Assembly (NCBI GenBank): GCA_002441425.1
Contig: DJWB01000001.1
Coordinates: 105,653-169,652, forward strand
Source: Patescibacteria group bacterium UBA6241
GTDB lineage: Bacteria > Patescibacteriota > Minisyncoccia > Phycocordibacterales > Phycocordibacteraceae
Direction of reading: 5' to 3'
DNA length: 64,000 nucleotides
Shown: positions 47,073 through 54,421 of the stretch, in pieces
How positions within the stretch are numbered: position 1 is the stretch's first letter
Layout of the letters: each line of letters starts with the position of its first letter
The notes under the pieces: model-generated
Seen by the model: only the letters and a program-made list of their open reading frames with translations
Told to the model about the DNA's origin: nothing
The model's database searches: none
Translations under genes and position numbers: made by a program

Positions 47073-47865
47073 TATCCGCTCCAAGTCCAAGCAATCGTAA
47101 GAAGGTAGTCAGCTCTTTTCCTTCAATCTGACGGTATCCGCCAGATTTAACCGGCCCCATCTTAATGTTCATAATGCCAATACGCTTTAGGTCTGTAACT
47201 TCGTTAAAGAGGGCAACAACCATTCGTCTAATCTGGTGCGTCTTTCCTTCAGTGAGTGTTATGCGGAAGCGATTCTCTCCCAGAACCTCAACGTTCGCAG
47301 GCTTAGTAACGTAGCCTTCAATTGAAACTCCTGCTTCCATTTTCTCCTTAAAGCTCGTGCGTAGAGGAAGCTTTGTGCGAACCTCATAGGTTTTTTCGTG
47401 CGCGTGTTTTGGGTTTAGGAGTCGGTCTGTAATTCTCCCATCATTCGTTATGAGGAGAAGTCCGTGCGAAGCCTTATCCAGTCTGCCAACAGGAAAAGGA
47501 GAGAGTCTCTTTAGGTCTGCAGGAAGACTGTCTAGAACATTCTTTTCTCCCGTTGCCTCGCGGTGTGTATCCATTCCCGCAGGTTTGTTAAAGGCCAAAT
47601 ATATATATGCCTTAGGTCTTCCGTGTCCGCGAACCTCAACGGTGTCCATCTCGCGCACTTTGTCTCCTAGCTGCGCTACCGTGCCGTTCACATACACTTT
47701 CTTCTTCTCAATAAGAAGATCTGCATCCCGCCTCGTTGCGTGCCCCTTGAGCGCGAGATACTTGTTCAGACGCATAGGGTACAGAGATCCTGTTGGTGCA
47801 GGAGTTGGAACTGGACGTGCACGCTTCTTTGGAGATGGTCTTTTCATGCGTATACGATAGCGCAC
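47041..47865 (-). CDS. Pseudouridine synthase (RsuA/RluB family); likely true start at MRLNKYL (47775)
   Basis: S4 domain MRLNKYLALKGHATRRDA and the catalytic GRLDKASHGLLLITNDG. Confidence 0.82.
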   Translation of the reverse strand: MRYRIRMKRPSPKKRARPVPTPAPTGSLYPMRLNKYLALKGHATRRDADLLIEKKKVYVNGTVAQLGDKVREMDTVEVRGHGRPKAYIYLAFNKPAGMDTHREATGEKNVLDSLPADLKRLSPFPVGRLDKASHGLLLITNDGRITDRLLNPKHAHEKTYEVRTKLPLRTSFKEKMEAGVSIEGYVTKPANVEVLGENRFRITLTEGKTHQIRRMVVALFNEVTDLKRIGIMNIKMGPVKSGGYRQIEGKELTTFLRLLGLGADTTSATEIQPN

Positions 47866-47890
47866 ATGAGAGAGTTGGTATACTTACCGT

Positions 47891-48130
47891 ATGGAACACA
47901 AGTCCTTAAAGGGAATCTACACACACTTCAAAGACTCCGCTAAAGAGTATGAAGTGCTCGGCACTGCACTTCATACAGAGACTGAGGAAATCATGGTGGT
48001 GTACAGGCCGCTCTATGAAGGAGCAATTGCGGAGCTATTTGTGCGACCAGTGTCCATGTTCCTGGAACAGGTTGAGAAACCCGAGCTCGGGTACTCTGGC
48101 CCTCGCTTCATACGCGTTCGTGACGCGTAA
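47891..48130 (+). CDS. Small DUF1653-like protein (79 aa)
   Basis: GIYTHFK...YEVLG...VVYRPLY pattern. Confidence 0.45.
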   Translation: MEHKSLKGIYTHFKDSAKEYEVLGTALHTETEEIMVVYRPLYEGAIAELFVRPVSMFLEQVEKPELGYSGPRFIRVRDA

Positions 48131-48144
48131 ATCCCCATCCACAG

Positions 48145-48474
48145 GTGGCGCTTTTTGAGGGGCAGGCTACCATACACATACGGATGGATGACTTCCTCAA
48201 GATGGATATCTTTTTTGTCGTAGCGACTGCTGCGGCTATTATTCTGTCTGTCCTCTTGGTGCTAGTGCTCATCCGGGTGTTGCGCGTTCTTAAGAACATA
48301 GAGGAAGTCACCGACATTGTTGTTGAGGAAAGCGAGCAAATCCGAGATGATATCCGGGAAGTGCGTGAGCGGGTTAAGAAAGAAGGTCATCGGTTTGGAC
48401 AGCTTCTGTCTCTTATTGGTGGCTTCGCAAAGCCTAAGCGTCGTACGAGAAAGGCAACATCTAACAAAGAGTAA
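48145..48474 (+). CDS. Small membrane-anchored protein (109 aa)
   Basis: One TM helix (FFVVATAAAIILSVLLVLVLI) followed by a charged tail. Confidence 0.45.
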   Translation: MALFEGQATIHIRMDDFLKMDIFFVVATAAAIILSVLLVLVLIRVLRVLKNIEEVTDIVVEESEQIRDDIREVRERVKKEGHRFGQLLSLIGGFAKPKRRTRKATSNKE

Positions 48475-48483
48475 TTTCACATC

Positions 48484-48930
48484 ATGGCAACGAAAAAAGC
48501 GGGAGCAAAGAAGGCAACAGGAAAAAAGAAGATGACACGGCTTGAGGCTGTAGAAATTGGAGCAGGAGTACTTGCTGCAGTAGCCGCAGCTGGTGCAGCA
48601 GGATATTACTTCTACGGAACTAAGAATGCCAAGAAGCATCGTCAGGCAACAGCAAAATGGGCAACAGGTCTAAAGAAAGATGTAATTAAGGAAGCAAAGA
48701 AAATTAAGAAGCTAGACGAGGCTGCGCTTGCATCAATCGTTGATAATGCAGCAAAGGCATACAAAGGAATGCAAGAGGTAACTCCTGCAGAGCTTAAAGC
48801 AGCAGTAGCTGAACTTAAGGGCAACTGGACAAAGCTTAAGAAAGAGATGGCGCCAAGTCCTGCAGCTAAAAAAGCTGTGAAGAAAGTGGTAAAGAAGACT
48901 GTTAAGAAGGCAACAAAGAAGTCTAAGTAA
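48484..48930 (+). CDS. Lys/Ala-rich histone H1-like protein with an N-terminal hydrophobic segment
   Basis: KKAGAKKATGKKK..., one hydrophobic helix, then a KKAVKKVVKKTVKKATKKSK tail. A clean terminator follows. Confidence 0.55.
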   Translation: MATKKAGAKKATGKKKMTRLEAVEIGAGVLAAVAAAGAAGYYFYGTKNAKKHRQATAKWATGLKKDVIKEAKKIKKLDEAALASIVDNAAKAYKGMQEVTPAELKAAVAELKGNWTKLKKEMAPSPAAKKAVKKVVKKTVKKATKKSK

Positions 48931-48943
48931 TAGACGAAATGCT

Positions 48944-48969
48944 AAAACCGCACGATCTTCGTGCGGTTT
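48944..48969 (+). terminator. Rho-independent terminator
   Basis: AAAACCGCACGATCTTCGTGCGGTTTT followed by AGTATTT. Confidence 0.7.
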
Positions 48970-49061
48970 TAGTATTTCTGCGTAGCTTCATGTCTACTTC
49001 CATGACATTATCTATGAACATGTGTGCTGATAAGAGTTAGCGCTCCAGTACGTCATTATCT

Positions 49062-49577
49062 ATGGACCAAGAAGATAGTAAGGCATATTTCCTGCAAATA
49101 TATGATGCATACGCTGACGATATATATCGTTTCTGCTTTTTGAAAGTAAGCTCTCGCGAACTTGCTGAAGATCTCACGCAGGAAGTGTTCACACGATTCT
49201 GGCAAGCAGTACGTGAAGGAACGCATATGCGAAGCGAGCGAGCGCTCCTCTATACCATTGCGCGGAATCTCGTTATTGATTGGTATCGCAAGAAGAAGGA
49301 ACAGTCTCTGGATGTACTCACCGAAAAAGGGATTGAATTCAAAGGAGAGGATCATCACGAAGTTGAACACACTGCGCAGATGCAAGAAACACTCTCAGTT
49401 ATCAACCAACTAGACGATGTCTCCAAGGAAGCTCTCCTTATGCGCTATGTTGAAGGACTTTCTCCTAGGGATATCGCAGGCATAACGGGAGACACAGCAA
49501 ATGCAGTATCAGTTAGAATAAACAGAGCACTCAAGAAAGTTCGTGCAATTATGCACACAGATGAAGTCCATGAATAA
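49062..49577 (+). CDS. ECF-type RNA polymerase sigma-70 factor
   Basis: Region 2 (DIYRFCFLKV...EDLTQEVF) and region 4 (LSPRDIAGITGDTANAVSVRINRAL); 171 aa. Confidence 0.82.
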   Translation: MDQEDSKAYFLQIYDAYADDIYRFCFLKVSSRELAEDLTQEVFTRFWQAVREGTHMRSERALLYTIARNLVIDWYRKKKEQSLDVLTEKGIEFKGEDHHEVEHTAQMQETLSVINQLDDVSKEALLMRYVEGLSPRDIAGITGDTANAVSVRINRALKKVRAIMHTDEVHE

Positions 49578-50478
49578 GCAAAAAAACATAAAAGAATACT
49601 TGCATACACTTTCCCGCATTACGCTCGGCGAGGGAGCTCGTACACGAATGCGTGTTGCTTTGTCTGAGTATGCAGAGCTCCATGAAGTGCGCGCAGACCA
49701 GAAAGCATCTTCAACCCCATTCCTTTCCTTTTTCTCATACTTCCGTACACGTACGGCAGCAATTTCTGCATTTGCATTTGTACTCGTTGTTGCAACAGGA
49801 ACTCAGGCAACGCTTGCATCAGAGAAGGCACTTCCTGGAGATTTGCTCTATCCAGTTAAAGTCTCCGTGCGCGAGCCTATTGAGCTTGCACTTGCAGCTG
49901 ATGGGGAAGAAAAGGCACAGGTAGCAACCAAGCTTGCGTCAAAACGTGTAGAAGAAATGTCTACGCTTGCAGCAAAAGGAACACTTGATCAGAAAACTGC
50001 CAAATCCCTTGCAAGTCGCTTTGATTCTCATGTGGCCGTTATTGATACAGAAGCAGATTCAATTGAAGCTACCGGAAAGGTGTCTACAGCACTCGCAGTA
50101 CGCACTCTTGCAGAGGCTGATCTAACAGTACGCACTGAAGAGCTTCTGGAAACCGAAGACGAAGAGTTTCGTGCACATGTAGTTGAAAAGACTCGTACGT
50201 TTGGCGCTGAACGCGCGCGTCTTGCGTCTGCGCTCTCAGTGTCTATTGCCTCAACTACAGACCTGAATGAGGTTGCTGATTCAGAGGAAGAGATTGATAT
50301 AGCTATGAGCTTGTCAGCTCACTCAAAGGAGCAGGCAACTACTTCAACGTCAACAGCAACAACGTCCAGTCCAAAGGATTCTGCAGGACAACGAATATTC
50401 AAGGCCTTCTTCTTTAAGGAAAGAGCAGGAACAGAGGATTCAACACAATTCATAAAGAACACAGAGGTCGGGTGGTAA
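49561..50478 (+). CDS. Putative anti-sigma factor / membrane protein, translationally coupled to the ECF sigma gene
   Basis: Start codons at 49561 and 49570 overlap the sigma gene stop at 49575-49577. One TM helix (AAISAFAFVLVVATG) and a long coiled-coil-like Ala/Glu-rich periplasmic part. Confidence 0.5.
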   Translation: MKSMNKQKNIKEYLHTLSRITLGEGARTRMRVALSEYAELHEVRADQKASSTPFLSFFSYFRTRTAAISAFAFVLVVATGTQATLASEKALPGDLLYPVKVSVREPIELALAADGEEKAQVATKLASKRVEEMSTLAAKGTLDQKTAKSLASRFDSHVAVIDTEADSIEATGKVSTALAVRTLAEADLTVRTEELLETEDEEFRAHVVEKTRTFGAERARLASALSVSIASTTDLNEVADSEEEIDIAMSLSAHSKEQATTSTSTATTSSPKDSAGQRIFKAFFFKERAGTEDSTQFIKNTEVGW

Positions 50479-50491
50479 GGTCCAAGTTCAT

Positions 50492-50932
50492 ATGGGAATT
50501 CTAATTAAACTGATTTCAGTAGTGCTTGTATTGGCTGCGGGCTATGTATGGATCACCGGACGAATTACAGAAAATCCTGCACCCGTAGTGGTTATACCGA
50601 GCTCCTCTCTTTCTGCGGGCGCCATGCTTTCGCTTGAGCCTGACACAGGTGTGTTTGATGAGCAGGGCACCGTGCTCATAGACACAAGTCAGGGGCTTCC
50701 TGGGAGACCCTTTCTTCTCTACACCACATACACTGAGGGAGGAAAGCCACAGGTTAAAACTAAGCGGCTTGTGTTTGAGAACCAAGACTCATGTGCACAA
50801 GAGAATCTCCCATGTTCAACTCAGCAACCAGCAGCCCCTGTTGTAGCTGAGGAAGAAATACGCGTAGTAGGTATTCGGGATGGAGATACCGTAAAGGTAG
50901 AGCGTATATATAGAAATCCCTCTTCTCAATAG
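50492..50932 (+). CDS. Hypothetical membrane-anchored protein (146 aa)
   Basis: N-terminal TM helix. Confidence 0.45.
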   Translation: MGILIKLISVVLVLAAGYVWITGRITENPAPVVVIPSSSLSAGAMLSLEPDTGVFDEQGTVLIDTSQGLPGRPFLLYTTYTEGGKPQVKTKRLVFENQDSCAQENLPCSTQQPAAPVVAEEEIRVVGIRDGDTVKVERIYRNPSSQ

Positions 50933-50964
50933 AACCTTGAATCAGTATCGCGTATACTAGGCGT

Positions 50965-51645
50965 ATGAATAAGACGTCCTTCATAGTTTTTCTCATTCTC
51001 ATCTTGGGTATTGCAGGAGGAGTTGTATGGTATCTCGTTGATACAAGTTCAAAGTCTTTGGGCACCGAGAACACAGTAGTAGTCTCTGTACCAACTCTGA
51101 ATGAAAGTAAAGCCATTTATACAAATGGTATTTATGGATTTACACTCTTGTATCCAGAAGATTCTGTAGTTAACTACGAGTTTAGTACTTCCTATCACTT
51201 GCCTGCACAGTGGCGCGCAAACGCTGATCCTGCAGTTTCAGGAAAGCATATTGTTGAAGTAGTTCCCTATAGCACTGAAAGTGATCACTCATACCCGCGA
51301 CACTACACTGCATTAGTGCGCATTGGTGCAAGCAATGATCCTGAGACTGTAAAGACATGTCTCCAAGCTTCAAAGGATCAGGGAGAAGTTGAGCTCGCTG
51401 ATGTGGAGCTCAATGGAACTACCTTTAAAGCATTTTCATTCCAGAATGCTGGCATGATGCAGTATGTGGAGGGAGTTTCCTACAGAACAGTGCACGAAGA
51501 TCAGTGTATTGCTCTTGAGAAGATTCGTACGGGATCAAGCTATCGTGACGACGCAGAAAGTCCTGATGATGTACCACAGGAGACGCTAGATGCTATGTAT
51601 GCAAGCCTTGATGAGATAGTGCAGAGCTTCAGGTTTGCGCGGTAG
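50965..51645 (+). CDS. Hypothetical membrane-anchored protein (226 aa)
   Basis: N-terminal TM helix. Confidence 0.45.
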   Translation: MNKTSFIVFLILILGIAGGVVWYLVDTSSKSLGTENTVVVSVPTLNESKAIYTNGIYGFTLLYPEDSVVNYEFSTSYHLPAQWRANADPAVSGKHIVEVVPYSTESDHSYPRHYTALVRIGASNDPETVKTCLQASKDQGEVELADVELNGTTFKAFSFQNAGMMQYVEGVSYRTVHEDQCIALEKIRTGSSYRDDAESPDDVPQETLDAMYASLDEIVQSFRFAR

Positions 51646-51687
51646 GAGCCCCTTGACTTTTCCTGCATATAGTTATATTATATATAG

Positions 51688-52632
51688 GTGGAACGGATTC
51701 ATACAATTGTTCTGCCAACAAGACCGCAGCCAGACACATTGGTGGCGATTTTCCTGTTGCGTACCTTTGGAAAGGCTCAGTTTGAGGGTATTGAGACTGC
51801 AGCGCTTAAGATAGACCCTACGCCGCAAGCGCAGAGTTTTGAGGAGGCGCGCAACTCAGGACTTCTCCTTATTGATATCGGGGGAGGCCCTCTAGACCAT
51901 CACGGGTCTGATACGTGTGCTTCAGAGCTCGTTGCCAAGTTGCTTGCCATTGAAACAGATCCTTCTATCAAGAAGCTTCTTGCGTACGCAAAGCGAGATG
52001 ATTCAGAAGGAAAGGGAACTCTCTCAACTGATCCTCTAGATAGGGCTTTCGGCTTGTCTGGACTTATCTCTTCACTTAACAAGCAGTATCCAAAGGATGC
52101 TCAGAAGATTAGTGAAATAGTTATGCCACTCCTTGAGGCACACTATGTTGCTGCTCGTGAGCACCATGTTGAACTTCCACAGGATGTTGAGGAGAAAAAG
52201 AAGAAGGGAGAGTATACAGAGGAAACAATTCGCCAGGGAACAAAAAAGTTGAAGATTGTATTCGTTGTTTCAGATAAGCCTTCAATGCCAACATACCTGC
52301 GCTCATGGAATGGAGCTCGCGCTGACGTAGTTGTGCAGAAGGCAGAGAATTCGTCTCGCACCTGTGTCATTACAAAGCAGGATACTCATGTAGATCTGAC
52401 TGCTGTTGCTGCACTCGTGCGCATGCGTGAAGCAGAACTTCGTGGAATTACACTCACTGCTTCAGAGAATGATCTCTTCTCTACAGGAAGAGTAGATGAA
52501 CTTTCCAACTGGTATTTGGATCCTGCCACAAACTCACTCCTAAATACTGGGAATGAGCAGGACAATACCCACATTCAGTGGGGAGAGTTTATGCAGATTG
52601 TGCGCAAGGGTCTCGGACTACAGTTCTCGTAG
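51688..52632 (+). CDS. Hypothetical protein (314 aa)
   Basis: Coding-like ORF; the LLIDIGGGPLDHHG motif is of unknown significance. Confidence 0.45.
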   Translation: MERIHTIVLPTRPQPDTLVAIFLLRTFGKAQFEGIETAALKIDPTPQAQSFEEARNSGLLLIDIGGGPLDHHGSDTCASELVAKLLAIETDPSIKKLLAYAKRDDSEGKGTLSTDPLDRAFGLSGLISSLNKQYPKDAQKISEIVMPLLEAHYVAAREHHVELPQDVEEKKKKGEYTEETIRQGTKKLKIVFVVSDKPSMPTYLRSWNGARADVVVQKAENSSRTCVITKQDTHVDLTAVAALVRMREAELRGITLTASENDLFSTGRVDELSNWYLDPATNSLLNTGNEQDNTHIQWGEFMQIVRKGLGLQFS

Positions 52633-52745
52633 TGATTCGCCTATTGAACTTAACTTCGGTTGAGTTTGATAATTCGGACCACTGCTCTTTTCAGCAGCAT
52701 AGTTTAACTTAGGTGGGCCAAAAGCGCCCAAGAAGGAGACTGAAG

Positions 52746-53897
52746 ATGCGTGCTCAACAAAAAGTTGCCCTGTCGGACAACACCTATTCGCGTGTTTTCC
52801 CGACCAACTGCGGACTGGACCTGTGTTTTTCGGTTCAGATTCGCATCGGCGAGGAAGATGACGGCAGGAACTGGAAATCCTGCTCCATCAACAACGAGAC
52901 CGGCCTGATCAACATTCCCGCTGAACACCTCTGGGGTTCGGTGGAGAGCGTCGGCCAGGCCCATCGCCGAAAGGATCGTCTGGTGACTGCGCTGCGGGCG
53001 AGCGTTCGTTTCAAGCGTACGCCCGGCCGCCAGGTGCTCGTCACCCAACGACCCGGGAACAAGGAGTACAAGGTGATCCGCTACGAATCGTCGCGAGACG
53101 AATCGTTCCGCATCTGCAAGCTCCCTGCGACTGACGTTCGCTTCACGTCGCGGGGCAAGGGCATGCAGATCGCAGAACAGCGCGGACCCGTGGCGGTCAT
53201 GACGGCGAATAACCGTCATGAAGGCCTCGGAACCAACCGCACTGACATCTGGATCGCCGACAAGCACGGCAAACTGCAGCTGGTGCAACTGATCATCCTC
53301 ACTGATGACGACGGCAAGAGCTTCCGGCTCGTCGCTCTGAATCGGTGGGCCGGCCAGGTGCACCGCCTGCAAGAAGCTGCGCCGTACGAAGCGCAGATGT
53401 ACGAGGAAGTGTTCAAGCTTCCCGAAGTCATGGAGCTGGCGGAAAGGGTGACCTTTGTGCCGGCGGATAACCATCCGGGTTTTGACGTCAGAGCGCAAGC
53501 TCTGGAGCTCAGCACCCTCCGCAACTACCTGCGGGCCAATCTGGAGGAATTTCCTTCGGCCGACGGCAAGAAGCGCAACTATCCGGTTCGCCGGAATGTG
53601 GGCTTCGGCATGACGGGCGGCGGCGGCATCGTGGCTTTCTATGCTCCCGACATCGGGTGCGGAGGCTGGGGTCTCGTTGAACAACCGCAGGACGACGGAA
53701 CGGCGAAGAAGTTCCAGATTCGGCAGAGCTGCATTTCCAAGTTCGGAATCATCGACGGCCAGGAGAGCAGTCTCCTCACCGACGATGGAATCCTGGACAT
53801 CCAGATGGGTGACATCGTCACCTGGACGGACGTCAAGGATATGGGACCGGATCATCCGCCTCTCATTCTGGACGCCAAGATCGCCTACGCTGCCTAA
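52746..53897 (+). CDS. High-GC hypothetical protein (about 383 aa), probably horizontally acquired
   Basis: SD AAGGAG at 52733-52738, 7 nt before the ATG at 52746. About 60% GC, against about 46% in the flanks. Own terminator at 53917-53960. The plus-strand protein has a balanced composition; the 441-aa minus-strand ORF looks like an antisense shadow. Confidence 0.55.
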   Translation: MRAQQKVALSDNTYSRVFPTNCGLDLCFSVQIRIGEEDDGRNWKSCSINNETGLINIPAEHLWGSVESVGQAHRRKDRLVTALRASVRFKRTPGRQVLVTQRPGNKEYKVIRYESSRDESFRICKLPATDVRFTSRGKGMQIAEQRGPVAVMTANNRHEGLGTNRTDIWIADKHGKLQLVQLIILTDDDGKSFRLVALNRWAGQVHRLQEAAPYEAQMYEEVFKLPEVMELAERVTFVPADNHPGFDVRAQALELSTLRNYLRANLEEFPSADGKKRNYPVRRNVGFGMTGGGGIVAFYAPDIGCGGWGLVEQPQDDGTAKKFQIRQSCISKFGIIDGQESSLLTDDGILDIQMGDIVTWTDVKDMGPDHPPLILDAKIAYAA

Positions 53898-53916
53898 GAA
53901 ACTATGCTCAAACTTG

Positions 53917-53960
53917 CCCCGCGTGACCTGTAACAAGGTTCCGCGGGGTATTTTTTTATG
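53917..53960 (+). terminator. Rho-independent terminator after the high-GC gene
   Basis: CCCCGCGTGACCTGTAACAAGGTTCCGCGGGGTATTTTTTT. Confidence 0.65.
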
Positions 53961-53970
53961 CACTGTATTC

Positions 53971-54360
53971 ATGAACAGTTCATATAAAAGAGGTATGCTT
54001 AGAGTGTTACAGATAAGACCAAACCTCATGACACTATTTCACTGGCTTATAACCGCACTTGCTATAGGAATTGCCGCCTACCTTATTCCTGGTATTCAGG
54101 TAACACCTATCGGTGCTCTCGTTCTCGCTATTGTGCTTGCAGTTATTAACATCTTCTTTAAGCCGATTATTGGTCTGCTTACGCTTCCAATTAACATCGT
54201 TACACTCGGTCTCTTCTCCCTTGTTGTAAACGCACTTCTCATCATGCTCGCAGGAGTAATTGTTCCTGGTTTTGTAGTCTCAGGATTCTGGGCTGCGTTC
54301 TTCTTCTCCATTGTTGTTTCGCTTGTCACCGCACTCTTTGGTTCATTAAAGAAAGATTAG
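53971..54360 (+). CDS. Phage-holin-family (PF04020-like) small membrane protein
   Basis: Four TM helices with the LIPGIQV...FKPIIGLLTLP pattern; 129 aa from the ATG at 53971. Confidence 0.5.
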   Translation: MNSSYKRGMLRVLQIRPNLMTLFHWLITALAIGIAAYLIPGIQVTPIGALVLAIVLAVINIFFKPIIGLLTLPINIVTLGLFSLVVNALLIMLAGVIVPGFVVSGFWAAFFFSIVVSLVTALFGSLKKD

Positions 54361-54421
54361 TTCTTTCTTTATCCTCTATAAAATCAACAACACGTAGTGT
54401 AGTGCCGTATACTACTAAGTA

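Noticed and set aside
53935-53950. AAGGTTCC at the 52746 gene terminator as a 15th array repeat
   Set aside because: Only 8 nt match the 29-mer, and they sit inside a terminator hairpin 19 kb from the array. This is most likely coincidental.
52704-54029. 441-aa minus-strand ORF overlapping the high-GC gene
   Set aside because: Its composition (Arg/Leu/Ala/Val-rich, no SD, overlap with a plus-strand gene that has its own SD and terminator) is typical of an antisense shadow ORF in high-GC DNA.
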